Shown piece after piece: positions 7,878 to 18,112 of a DNA stretch of 32,000 bases. Under the pieces are notes generated by a model. It was not told where the DNA came from. It made no database searches and saw only the letters and a list, made by a program, of their open reading frames with translations. Position 1 is the first letter of the stretch, and every line of letters begins with the position of its first letter. Both the position numbers and the translations under genes were made by a program. Source of the stretch: Prevotella phage Lak-A1; sequence record MK250016.1; one strand, written 5' to 3'.

Positions 7878-9632
7878 TTAAATATTATCATAAGTTTGTT
7901 CAAGAATCTTTGCATAATCCATATGGTAACCAAGTGGATGTTCTGATTCTTGTACAGGTTTCATAATAGGTTTCTGTGCAACTTTATAACGACGAACGAA
8001 TTCTTCATTCATTACTCGCTGTGCTTCTCTGGTACGAAGACCAGTTTTCTCCCAGAATTCATCTACATCTTGTTTATTTTCAAGAACCCAGTAACGAGCC
8101 ATATTTTCAATAGCATCCTGCTCTTGAAGTGGTGCTTTTGTATAAAGTTCAATATCTTTAGGATCTGCTAATCTTAACCAGTTTTTGAGAACACGCTTTT
8201 CTGCAAGTAGAGGAACATTCCATTGATTGTTAATATCTTCTATCTTATAGATATTATGTTCAACTACATATTTCATACACTTCTTTTTCTGTGTAGGTTT
8301 AAGAGCTGCAAATTTAGCAAAATTTTCAGGAGATAATGAAATAGAGAATGGATAACGTGAAACAATTTGTTCTTTAATACTTTCTTTCTTTTCAAGATTG
8401 TCAAGAAGATCCTGAAATTCTTCCATATCTTTTTCAGTTTCTGCTGCAATTCTTTCTGCTTTTTCTGTAGATGTTTTTGAGTCTTCATCAGCAGGCGCTG
8501 CCTCATCTGCCTCATCATTTGCAGTATCTGTATCGGAAACATCTTCTGAATCATCTGACTTATCTGCATCGCCATCATCAGCTTTATCTTCATCTGACTG
8601 TCCTTCAATGTCGATAATATCCGCACGTTTTTCATCTTTATCATCACTGTCTTCATCAGATGATTCGCCATCAGCATCTTCTGATGTAATATCAAGAATT
8701 AAGGCACGTTTCTTCTGTTTCTCTTCATCTGTTGGTTCTGACTTATTAGTATCTGTAGATGTATTTGTATCATTATCTTTATTATCATCCGATTTATCAT
8801 CTTTATTATCACTATCAGATGATGAATTATCTGCACCATCAGGTGTTACATCAGCTTCAGGTAATTTGAATTCTTCTTCATCTTCCTCAAGTAATGGCTT
8901 AGATAAATCTTTTAGGTTAACAGGCTTGTTTTTCATTTCCATACATTTTTCATTAATTGGCGCTTCTTGCTCTAATTCATTAACAGTAACGCCTTCCATA
9001 AGAACTTTATATTTCTTATTAGTTGTTTCTTTCTGTGATTTTTGAGCAGAAACAGATTCATTAAGATATGACATAGTATTTACACCAAGTGATTCATTGA
9101 TTCTATCAAGACGTGCTTCTGCAAAACCTGGTGTACATACAATATCATAAGTGAATATTTGAGCGATTTCAACTTCATGTGTTTTTTCATCTACATCACC
9201 TGCTGCACGAGAAGATACAAATAAAGGATAACCAGCTTCAACTAATTCCTGTGCGATTTTACCGTTTGGTGTATCAAGGATTTCAAGTTTTCCCATTACA
9301 TTATGATTCTCCTGATCATACCAAAGATCTGTAATTTTATGAGAGGCTTCTTTTAATTGAATATCAAAACGTCCTTCAGGATGATCTAATTCACCAAGAA
9401 TTGAACCACTTTGTTTAATCATTTCACGTAAATATCCAAGATGACGTAAAACTTCCTTTTCCGGATAACTTCTATTGTTTCTGTTAATTACAACATGTCC
9501 AGGTACAGAGCATGCAGTAAAAACACCAGAGAATATATATTTCTTATTATTTGGTGTACTGTCAAAGGCTTCATTAAGAGTAAGAGGCTGCAATGACTTA
9601 CTTTTTATCATTAATTTACTATTCTTTGTCAT
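7878..9632 (-). CDS. T4 gp21-like prohead core protease with long acidic linker and C-terminal extension, 584 aa
   Basis: 'SGSILGELDHPEGRFDIQLKEASHKITDLWYD' (His region) and 'GYPLFVSSRAAGDVDE' (Ser region) match phage prohead proteases. Residues ~230-385 are extremely D/E/S/T rich. Confidence 0.8.
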   Translation of the reverse strand: MTKNSKLMIKSKSLQPLTLNEAFDSTPNNKKYIFSGVFTACSVPGHVVINRNNRSYPEKEVLRHLGYLREMIKQSGSILGELDHPEGRFDIQLKEASHKITDLWYDQENHNVMGKLEILDTPNGKIAQELVEAGYPLFVSSRAAGDVDEKTHEVEIAQIFTYDIVCTPGFAEARLDRINESLGVNTMSYLNESVSAQKSQKETTNKKYKVLMEGVTVNELEQEAPINEKCMEMKNKPVNLKDLSKPLLEEDEEEFKLPEADVTPDGADNSSSDSDNKDDKSDDNKDNDTNTSTDTNKSEPTDEEKQKKRALILDITSEDADGESSDEDSDDKDEKRADIIDIEGQSDEDKADDGDADKSDDSEDVSDTDTANDEADEAAPADEDSKTSTEKAERIAAETEKDMEEFQDLLDNLEKKESIKEQIVSRYPFSISLSPENFAKFAALKPTQKKKCMKYVVEHNIYKIEDINNQWNVPLLAEKRVLKNWLRLADPKDIELYTKAPLQEQDAIENMARYWVLENKQDVDEFWEKTGLRTREAQRVMNEEFVRRYKVAQKPIMKPVQESEHPLGYHMDYAKILEQTYDNI

Positions 9633-9727
9633 ATAAACAAAATAATTCTTATTTTTATTATTTATTCATTCTATATATTTATTAAAAATGCAATTTAAAA
9701 TAAATATTTAAATATGATATAACTATA

Positions 9728-10429
9728 ATGAATAAAAATATAAAACATTTATTAGAATATATTGTTAACGAAGAAAATATACAATTAACTAATAAATTGA
9801 ATAATAATGGTGATTTTCTAAATAATATTATAACTTATTTTAAAACAAATTTCAAGCCTCAAATTTTAGTAAATATTAAAATAAAAGATGAAAACATTAA
9901 AAATAATGATTTTTATAAAGCAGTAATGATAAATATCGCGAGTTAGTTAATAGAATATTATGTCGCGAATTTTATGCTTAATATGTTTAAATCTAAATTT
10001 AAATTTAATGGTAATTTAATTTTTGATGAAGATAAAGATGATGAAAATAATAAAATTACTATTAAAAGAGGTAGAGTTCATGATTTTATAGTATAGTTTA
10101 AAAATGATGATAAGGATGATTTTTATAATTAGCCATTTGAAATTAAATCATATAATAAAGAATTCGGTAATATTACATTAACAGATAATCAAAGAAAAAT
10201 AAGTAATATAGGAACGCCTATTTATGTTTTATGCAATTATGATTTAAACGATAATGCAATAATTATTACAGATATTGATTTAGTATTAGGAAGTAACTTA
10301 TTAAGTTACTTATTAAGTAAGTCACTATTTAATAATGATAAGGCAGGTTCAAGACATATCAGTAAAGATGTAGGAAGAATTAATATATATAAAAGAGAAT
10401 AGGAATAGTTAAATTCTTCAACTAAATAA
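9728..10429 (+). CDS. TAG-containing 233-aa protein; weak PD-(D/E)XK nuclease-like core
   Basis: Frame is open from ATG 9728 to TAA 10427-10429 if TAG (9944, 10094, 10130, 10400, 10406) is sense. Contains 'VHDFIVQFKNDDKDDFYNQPFEIKSYNKEFGNITLTDNQRK'. Confidence 0.75.
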
Positions 10430-10434
10430 AAAGT

Positions 10435-10474
10435 AAATGGATAACTTATCATCAAGATAAGTTATCCATTTTTT
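10435..10474. terminator. bidirectional terminator between convergent genes
   Basis: AAATGGATAACTTATC ... GATAAGTTATCCATTTTTT; overlaps the 3' end of 10452..11060. Confidence 0.75.
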
Positions 10475-11060
10475 GTTTACAATTATCAAATGAGTTTGTA
10501 AGTTTTGTGCAAAATGAATCAATATCATCTGGTGAATAACCATGAAATGTAATTTCCCATAAAACTTCAGCAATAATTGTATTTTTATTGAAATTCTTTA
10601 ATGTATCTGGGTGAATATTCAAATACAAAACATTACGCCAATCCATAAGATCTATTGCATAACTAACATCTCTTTCTTTAATAAAACCAGATACATTGAT
10701 ATATTCATCATGATTTCCTAAATATTCATCAATTACTGTATTTAAACATATGTACATATTAAATGATGGTTTAATAGGTTTCATATTTTTGAGAATATGA
10801 AATGCTTGTTTATAACCATCAATATTTTTCTTTTCATCATGATGATGTATGTACATTGCATTCATAATATCATTAAATGATGAATTCATTATTAATTCCT
10901 TAAAAGAAATAGTACGATCATTATTTCTTTTAGGACATGTATTTAATGTATTTAATGGTCTAATGTTATTTAGAGTTGGCTGAATTAAGTTGTATTTACA
11001 ACCATGATGAGAACAATTCTTACACCAAATTTTCCCAATTTTGCAATAATTCTTACTCAT
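10452..11060 (-). CDS. hypothetical protein with Cys-rich N-terminus, 202 aa
   Basis: Intact ORF, TGA stop; 'CKNCSHHGCKY...CPKRNN'. Confidence 0.75.
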   Translation of the reverse strand: MSKNYCKIGKIWCKNCSHHGCKYNLIQPTLNNIRPLNTLNTCPKRNNDRTISFKELIMNSSFNDIMNAMYIHHHDEKKNIDGYKQAFHILKNMKPIKPSFNMYICLNTVIDEYLGNHDEYINVSGFIKERDVSYAIDLMDWRNVLYLNIHPDTLKNFNKNTIIAEVLWEITFHGYSPDDIDSFCTKLTNSFDNCKQKMDNLS

Positions 11061-11065
11061 AATTA

Positions 11066-11191
11066 TTATTTTTTAGTATTCACCTTATTTAAATATTCTT
11101 GTTTCATACACATATCAATATATTCATCTTCTAACATACCTCCGATGAAATTACAAAAACATTCTTTAAATTTTATGAAAACCTTTTTCAT
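11066..11191 (-). CDS. small hypothetical protein, 41 aa (start shortened from the 78-aa track ORF)
   Basis: The TATCTTTG promoter motif at 11220-11227 lies inside the longer ORF, so the start at 11189-11191 (MKKVFIKFKECFCNF...) is more likely. Confidence 0.45.
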   Translation of the reverse strand: MKKVFIKFKECFCNFIGGMLEDEYIDMCMKQEYLNKVNTKK

Positions 11192-11219
11192 ATAAATATT
11201 AATTTTAATTATTATAATA

Positions 11220-11227
11220 CAAAGATA
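11220..11227 (-). promoter_or_regulatory. TATCTTTG promoter-like element
   Basis: Minus strand TCAATAAAAATATGTATCTTTGTATTATAA. Confidence 0.45.
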
Positions 11228-11261
11228 CATATTTTTATTGACACATAAAAATTTATGTATA

Positions 11262-12284
11262 TTAAATATTGCTAAATAATGATTCTCGATAATATTCATC
11301 AAACTTATTTTCTTTTAATGCATAATTAATAGCTTTTTGTAACTTAAAAAAATAATTTGAAATAAATTTATTAATATCATATTTAACGTTATCTGCATTT
11401 TGTTTATCTAATGATGTATATTTATTATTCTATAACATTTTTCTTATGGATGATTCCTTAATATCATTTTTTAATAATTTCTAAATATGTCCATAATAAC
11501 CTATAATATTTAATAATAATACATATTCATAATTATTAGAAACAATATCATTTTTTAATAATATATTAAAATCAAGGAGATATTTGTCGTATAAATTAAT
11601 ATTTTTAAAATATTGTATAAGTGAACCAATAACATCATTATTTTTTATTATTTCATTAATTTCTTCATTTGTTAAATCACATATCAATCTATATTGTTGA
11701 TTTACTCTTGCTTGAATTTCTGTAGGAGACATTAAATATAATATATCTTTAACTTTATCAAATAAATCATCTGATATATTGAAAATATTATCAATATTAT
11801 CTGCCATATTTTTATTATTTAAAATAATATTTTTATTTTTGAATTTATACATATGTTTTACATGTATAAATTCATGATGAAATATTGATTTAATTGTTTT
11901 TATATTAAACCCTTTTACTACATTTGCATTTATTTTTACAATATGATCATTTAAATTTATATCAATTCCTCGAATATCAGTTGTAGCATTTGCATTACTA
12001 TTCCAATTTGCTTCCCAATATACAAATATAGAATATAAGTCTTCATTTTCGGTTTCTTTACATTTAACACATTCAGACGTTTCTATATTTAATTTCCATC
12101 CAGTATAAATTAATCCATACATACGTCCTCTACTTTTTATAAATGTATCGTATATATCATCAACAACATCATCAAATGTTCTTAAAATATGAAATTCTTC
12201 TAATAATGTATTTGATATTGCATCTATTAATGATTCCTATAATCTTAATCTTAAATTTCGTGGTATTGTATTATAACAACTCAT
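11262..12284 (-). CDS. TAG-containing putative zinc metallopeptidase-like protein, 340 aa
   Basis: One frame from ATG 12282-12284 to TAA 11262-11264 with sense TAGs at 12237-12239, 11481-11483 and 11430-11432. HExxH motif in 'IKSIFHHEFIHVKHMYK'. Confidence 0.75.
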
Positions 12285-12305
12285 TATTATAATTATTAAA
12301 TTTTG

Positions 12306-13055
12306 TTATTTACGAAATATATTTTCATATATAAGTTTAATATCATTACTTGTTAATTTATGATAAGATTCTTTAATCGATATAGGTTCAACTCTACTAG
12401 AAAAATCTTCTATACATTGTTTTGTATCAAATTCTATATTTCTACCAAGTCCCCTTAATTTATTAATGTCTTTCTTTTTATCTAATATACCATCTTTAAC
12501 TAATTGATCAAATGCATACTTATCATCTGATATAAAAGTTTTACCACCTTTCTTCCATTCATCTGTATATGTTTCAGATTTATGATCATATTTAGGATCA
12601 CAATTACCAAATAAACGTTTTACATCTTTTCTGTATGCATTTCCTTTTTCTGGTATATAACATCTGAATTGTTTACCATCATAATATACCATAATACATA
12701 TAGGACATTCCCAGTCACCGCCAGCATACATAATAATATATGGACATCCTTTTACTGTTCTAAGACTACCACTGATTTCAAAATTTTCCCAATCTGGTTT
12801 AATATCTTTAAAGTCTTTATAAATAGTAGATTTATCATCATAATATGATTGTCTGACTGCTCGTGGTAAAGTTGCAATAATTTTATTTGATGCATTTGTA
12901 TTGTTTATTTTATCAACAGTGTATGTATCATCTTTACAAATATTTAATATAAATGCTTTAGCTTTTTCGACAAACTAAGTTTCACTTAATTTTGCAATTT
13001 TCCTACCACCTTTTCTTAATTTTATATTGTTATATAATGAATAATATTTACTCAT
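12306..13055 (-). CDS. hypothetical protein, 249 aa, one sense TAG
   Basis: Extends the 141-aa track ORF upstream in frame to ATG 13053-13055; TAG at 12981-12983. Confidence 0.75.
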
Positions 13056-13057
13056 AA

Positions 13058-14443
13058 TTAATTTTGTTTAATTTTATTAATCTCATTATTAATGTTTAAC
13101 AAGAATTTCTTAAATTCATTGATATTCCATCCTGTATATGAATTAAACTCTTCATATTTAATATCTAACGATAATAATTCTCGTTTAATATAATATTCTA
13201 TATTAGTATTATCTACAATTTCTTTTATATCGTATAAGTCATTAACAACTTTATTTTTTATAAGAATTTTCATTGGTGGAAATCCGTCTCCTTTGTTAAC
13301 ATTATCTTCTGAAACTTCTGAACATATATCATATAATAATTCAAATTCACTGTATGTTAATACATCTATTGTTAATAAATCTTCATTTTGATATGTATCT
13401 GGATCCTATCCTTCTAATGTGATAATATCTTCTAAATCCATAAAATAATCATCATCTGTTAAATGATTAATTGCATCAATATCGATGTTTACTCTATATA
13501 TTTTAGGATAATAATGGTTATCCCCACCATCACCATATTCAAATTCACCTACATCAAACTGTTCTGTACTTCTATCAAATCCAAGTTTTAAGAAATCCCA
13601 TTCATCCAATACTCTTGCAGATTTATGTTCTTTCTATGTTTTTGTACCTGTATCATACAGATCAAAATAACCGTTTTTAAATGAACGTAAATCAATTAAT
13701 GATAAATCCTAATTAAATGATGTACAACCATATAGTAAATAACTTATATCCATATTTTTTGTTATATTCCATTTCTATATAGGCTAATTGAATTTTCTAC
13801 AATTATAAAACATATATGATAAATTTTCAGCACTAGATATATCCCAATTACTTATATCCTAATTAAATGATGAACACCCATAAAACATAGAATCAAATCT
13901 TGTAACTTTACTTACATTCCAATTACTAATATTGCTGTTGAACGTTGAACATTCATAAAACATATTTACCATTGATGTTACTTTAGATGTATCCCATTTA
14001 CTTAAATCACAAATATCTTTACATCCGTTAAATGTACCAACCATGGATGTTACATGTGATGTATCCCAATCTGAAACATTCCAAAATATATACTGCCTGT
14101 TAAATGTACCAACATTAAATAATTGGTCTAACATGGTAACATTAGAAATATCAAGCCAATTTAAATTAAAAGCATCTACCTTATCTTTATATAATTGTTT
14201 TTTTATATCTGCTATTATATGAACCAATTCACTAAAATCTTTTACTTTATATTTAAATGCATCCTAACATACTAATTCTAAATCATCATCAGATACAACC
14301 ATGCCTTTTAATAATTGTTCATGTATTTTTTTAGCATCATCTTCTAATAAATCATTAGTCATACCTATGTTATCATCATTAAATAATTCATCATCGTCAT
14401 CATCAAATAACGATTCTAATAATTTATTTATTTCTTTAATCAT
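13058..14443 (-). CDS. BspA-like / DUF285 repeat protein, 461 aa, seven sense TAGs
   Basis: Joins track ORFs 13058..13273, 13406..13609 and 13859..14227 in one frame; TAGs start at 14264, 13859, 13784, 13775, 13709, 13634, 13406. Repeats 'FN.NISNWNVSKVTRFDSMFYGCSSFNQDISNWDISSAENLSYMFYNCRKFNQPIQKWNITKNMDISYLLYGCTSFNQDLS'. Confidence 0.9.
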
Positions 14444-14470
14444 AAAAATAATATGTGTGTTTTTTAATAA

Positions 14471-14797
14471 TTACCAATGATAACCTAATTCTGCACCCAT
14501 TGCAGCTAATACAAGTCTCGATGTTAGTAAATTTCCTAATGTACCTTTTTCATCTATACCTAAACATTTACATATAGCTTTCATAATACTCTACCCAATT
14601 GTTGATGAAACTGCACTTCCCAATAATGCAGTAAATAAACCTTCATCTACTATATCATCTAAAGGAACACCTTCTTTTTTTGCAATTTCATTTGCTTCAA
14701 CAATATAATCATATACTTTTTTACTATCCATTATTTGCTTAGGTGTATAATTACTTAAATCAATACCTTCAAATAAATTATTATATTTTTCACTCAT
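14471..14797 (-). CDS. small protein, 108 aa, one sense TAG (14591-14593)
   Basis: Reads ...LLGSAVSSTIG[Q]SIMKAICKCLGIDEKGTLGNLLTSRLVLAAMGAELGYHW then TAA. Confidence 0.75.
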
Positions 14798-14933
14798 AAT
14801 AGTTATTATTTTAGTTAGCTTATTTTAAGATATTTATTTTTAATAATAAATAAGTTAAATAAATAATAAAAAGATAATTCAACTATATGAATTGTTTTTA
14901 TAAAAGTAAAAAATAATTTTCGAAAATTATAAT

Positions 14934-16184
14934 ATGAAAAAAACAACAAAAACTGTAAATAGTATGAGAAGTCAGAAAGCACTTTATAATGCTATTATGG
15001 AATCAGTAACTCCTCAGATTGCTAGATTAGTAAAAGAAGCAGAGGAAGCAGATGATGAAGACAAAGCATCTGATGATGTAAAGGATGCAGAGAAAAATGA
15101 ATCAAACGATGTTGATGAAGCAGCACTTAATGAACTTTTTGGTTTTGGTTCATCTGTACAGAAACCAGAGAAAGCATTATCTCTTGAAAATTCTGATGAT
15201 GAAAATGCAGATTTATTTATTGCATGGTGTGCATACTATATGTCTAAATGTAGTAATGACGCAAAGAAAGGAATGGATGCATTTTTTAAAGCTTCTGGTG
15301 ATGTTATTAAGAAAGCACCTATGATGATTGTAAAAGGTATTCTTAAGTTAATGTCAGGTGCAATTAAAGGTTCTGTATTTGGTGTAAGTACAGTTGCAGC
15401 TGTTGTTCTTGGTAGTATCTCTATGTTGGTACGTTTAACAGTTTCAGGTGTAGAGAAAGCAAAGGAAGCACTTTCGCAATTATATAAGACTATTAGTCAG
15501 GGTATTACTACATTCTATAAGAATTTTACTGGTGGTGCAGAAAAAATGGCAAATGATTCATCAGATAAATTAACTGTATGGGTTGGTGTTATTTCTGGTG
15601 CACTTATGGCATGTGCAAATAAGGTTCAAGGTGCAGTTGAAACATTAGGTAATTTCTTTAAACAAGTTCTTGCAGATGCAAAGGCAAAGAAAGATGGAGC
15701 TGTTCTTCTTGTAAAGACATGGTTACAGGCAAAATCAGACGCAGTTAAATCATGGATTACTGAAACAGGTGGTGAGATTCGTAAGACTGTTATTGAAGCA
15801 TGGAATGCAATGGATAAGAAAGTTCGTAATGCATATGATAAAGTTGCAAAGAAACTTGAAGACTGGATGAATGATATTAAGGAATTAGTTCAGGAAATAG
15901 GTACAAAAATTTCTGATGCTGCTGATAAAGCAAAGGATGTTGTTATTGATAAGAAAGATAAGGCCCTTGTATGGGGTATTCAGAAAGGTGTTAAGGGACT
16001 TTCAAAGAATTATACAGAAGATCAGGTTGTAGCACTTGTTCGTAAATGTTATAATGAGTCTGTTGTACCTAATACAAGAACTGGTAATATTGTTATCAAT
16101 GAAGCATATTTACATGCAAAAGGTACTAGAGCACGTGTACTTTATGAAAGAAAACAAGCACGTCGTGGAAAACTTTTAAAATGA
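14934..16184 (+). CDS. putative internal/structural phage protein, 416 aa
   Basis: Intact ORF, TGA stop. Acidic N-terminus with 'YNAIME|SV' and 'AALNE|LFGFG' sites, hydrophobic segment 'VFGVSTVAAVVLGSISMLVRLTV', long helical Lys/Ala-rich C-terminus. Confidence 0.7.
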   Translation: MKKTTKTVNSMRSQKALYNAIMESVTPQIARLVKEAEEADDEDKASDDVKDAEKNESNDVDEAALNELFGFGSSVQKPEKALSLENSDDENADLFIAWCAYYMSKCSNDAKKGMDAFFKASGDVIKKAPMMIVKGILKLMSGAIKGSVFGVSTVAAVVLGSISMLVRLTVSGVEKAKEALSQLYKTISQGITTFYKNFTGGAEKMANDSSDKLTVWVGVISGALMACANKVQGAVETLGNFFKQVLADAKAKKDGAVLLVKTWLQAKSDAVKSWITETGGEIRKTVIEAWNAMDKKVRNAYDKVAKKLEDWMNDIKELVQEIGTKISDAADKAKDVVIDKKDKALVWGIQKGVKGLSKNYTEDQVVALVRKCYNESVVPNTRTGNIVINEAYLHAKGTRARVLYERKQARRGKLLK

Positions 16185-16205
16185 TTTTAATTAATATATA
16201 ATGAA

Positions 16206-16240
16206 AAAGAGATAAATCTATCAAATAGATTTATCTCTTT
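16206..16240. terminator. perfect 16-bp hairpin terminator between convergent genes
   Basis: AAAGAGATAAATCTAT-CAA-ATAGATTTATCTCTTT then ATTTTTT. Confidence 0.85.
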
Positions 16241-16245
16241 ATTTT

Positions 16246-16473
16246 TTATAATGTAAATGTAGAATATTGTTGTATTGTGTCTACAGTTTGTTGTGCAACC
16301 GGAATTTTATATTTAATTAATAATTCAATTAATTGTCTTTGTGACAATTCAATTTTATCAGATTTAACATAAACATATTCTGTACGAACACCTGTTTTAC
16401 TTAAATCAATAGGTTTGCACTTTTTATCTTCCGTATCAATGCTTTTAATTTTACTGAAATCAATCGAAAACAT
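16246..16473 (-). CDS. small hypothetical protein, 75 aa
   Basis: Intact ORF, TAA stop. Confidence 0.65.
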   Translation of the reverse strand: MFSIDFSKIKSIDTEDKKCKPIDLSKTGVRTEYVYVKSDKIELSQRQLIELLIKYKIPVAQQTVDTIQQYSTFTL

Positions 16474-16502
16474 ATATAAACTAATTATTTTTAATTATTT
16501 AT

Positions 16503-16778
16503 TTATGCAGATTCTCTCATTTGTCTTTCTTTATTCCAACGCTCAAATTCTCTATTTAATTTTTTAACAGACGCTGGTGATTTACCAAATTTTAAGTCTC
16601 TAATAAATAATGGTAATTTCTTTTCGGCATCTTCTTTTATCTGTTTTTTATGAAGTCTATTTTCTCTTAGAATTCCTGCATGAATTAAACCATTATAATG
16701 CTTTTTACTTCGTACAATAGATTCATCAATAACTTTCTTTTTATTAGAAATTACTTTTCGATTAAAAACTTTTCTCAT
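16503..16778 (-). CDS. small basic hypothetical protein, 91 aa
   Basis: Intact ORF, TAA stop. Confidence 0.7.
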   Translation of the reverse strand: MRKVFNRKVISNKKKVIDESIVRSKKHYNGLIHAGILRENRLHKKQIKEDAEKKLPLFIRDLKFGKSPASVKKLNREFERWNKERQMRESA

Positions 16779-16781
16779 ATT

Positions 16782-17006
16782 TTAATAAGGATCAATTTTT
16801 ATATATTTAGATAACATTTTATTTAAATCTAAATATGGTTCTATATCAATATAATTAATTTTATTTTTAAAATTATTTTGTAATTTTTGTTTTAGTTTTT
16901 CTTTCTCTTTTTCTGATATATAATTGTTATATGAGTCATTAAGTATTTTATAAATAAGGTCTATTAACTTATTAAGGTTATTATTCTTTTCTCTGAATTT
17001 AATCAT
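16782..17006 (-). CDS. small MIKF[KR]-family protein, 74 aa
   Basis: Starts MIKFREKNNN, sharing its N-terminus with the 19.5-20.4 kb cluster. Confidence 0.65.
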   Translation of the reverse strand: MIKFREKNNNLNKLIDLIYKILNDSYNNYISEKEKEKLKQKLQNNFKNKINYIDIEPYLDLNKMLSKYIKIDPY

Positions 17007-17008
17007 AA

Positions 17009-17578
17009 TTATTTAAAAACTTTAAATAAACCCATAAATTTCTTTTGCTTCATCTCTTCAATTTCTTGTTTAAGATCTGTATTTTCATTTTCAAGTTCTT
17101 TATTCTTCTTCTTAATGTCGATATAAAGATTTTCAATTTGTTCAAGATCTTGCTTATAATAATTGAATGCATTTTGATGTTCTTCTTTATTACAATGATT
17201 TATACATTTAACAAACATTTCAATAAGGAGAATAGATGATTCTTTTTGCAAATCTACTAACATTGCATTTTTTCTATCAATGTCATTATCGAAATCGAGA
17301 CCTTCATATTCTTGTGTTTTCTTTGCAAGAATTGCAGTTGATCTTATTTGATATTCATTAAATAAATCTTGAATAAATTTTCTGATACTATTAATTATAT
17401 CTATTTCTTCTTTTGTTTTACCTTCAAGATCTTTTGCATCCCAATTAATTTGAGAACATACATTTTCAGGATTTGTGCCAGCTTCTTTAATTGCATCAAG
17501 TTCTTCCTGTATATTACTTAATTCATTTTGAAATAATGATTTAATAATTTTATCTCGCTTTGTACTTAAATTTTCCAT
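17009..17578 (-). CDS. coiled-coil hypothetical protein, 189 aa
   Basis: Heptad-rich 'IKKKNKELENENTDLKQEIEEMKQKK' C-terminus. Confidence 0.75.
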   Translation of the reverse strand: MENLSTKRDKIIKSLFQNELSNIQEELDAIKEAGTNPENVCSQINWDAKDLEGKTKEEIDIINSIRKFIQDLFNEYQIRSTAILAKKTQEYEGLDFDNDIDRKNAMLVDLQKESSILLIEMFVKCINHCNKEEHQNAFNYYKQDLEQIENLYIDIKKKNKELENENTDLKQEIEEMKQKKFMGLFKVFK

Positions 17579-17637
17579 CTTATAATTATTTACTATTATA
17601 TAAATTATATAATTATTTTCTTAATATGTTTATTTTT

Positions 17638-18033
17638 TTATTCTGTTAATTCATAATATGTCAATACTTTACAATATCCACAATCCCATGAATCATAATA
17701 AAATCCATTTATACATGCTACTACATGTCCTCTTAAATTTAATAAAAAATGACCATTATTATGTTGTTTAACAAATTCACTTACTGTTAAACGATGTTGT
17801 CCTTTATGCAGTTTTCCAAATGAACGTTTAATATAACCATGATTCTTTAACCAAAGTTCTATAATTTTCCATTCATTTGGCATTCGTTTCTTCTTTCTAC
17901 CTAAATCACAAAGTTCATCATAACATGTTATCCAATCTCTATCAGTCAATTTCATCATTGCACGTATTGCACAATCATCTGCATTCTTCTTTTGTGATTC
18001 AAATTTTATATAACGGTCATTCATAATAAACAA
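17638..18033 (-). CDS. papain-like/C39-like cysteine peptidase-fold protein, 131 aa
   Basis: 'ADDCAIRAMMKLTDRDW' (Cys), 'HFLLNLRGHVVACINGFYYDSWDC' (His ... Asp). Confidence 0.5.
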   Translation of the reverse strand: MFIMNDRYIKFESQKKNADDCAIRAMMKLTDRDWITCYDELCDLGRKKKRMPNEWKIIELWLKNHGYIKRSFGKLHKGQHRLTVSEFVKQHNNGHFLLNLRGHVVACINGFYYDSWDCGYCKVLTYYELTE

Positions 18034-18112
18034 TATAAATTTATATAATAATATATTAAACTATTTCTTAAAACGATAAAATCTGGAAACACACCATTCC
18101 CAGATTTTACTA

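Noticed and set aside
8273-8695. 140-aa minus-strand ORF in another frame
   Set aside because: Shadow ORF within the acidic repeat-like region of 7878..9632.
8608-9045. 145-aa plus-strand ORF opposite the prohead protease
   Set aside because: Ser/Leu-rich artefact of the antisense of the D/E/S-rich tract; the sense protein is clearly coding.
11066-11302. 78-aa ORF as called
   Set aside because: Its 5' half contains the promoter-like element, so the shorter 41-aa product is preferred.
13058-14443. Decayed pseudogenes with premature stops (instead of recoding)
   Set aside because: Interruptions are TAG only, never in-frame TAA or TGA; frames stay intact over long spans and TAGs fall at conserved Gln positions.
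15085-15324. 79-aa plus-strand ORF inside 14934..16184
   Set aside because: Out-of-frame shadow of the 416-aa gene.
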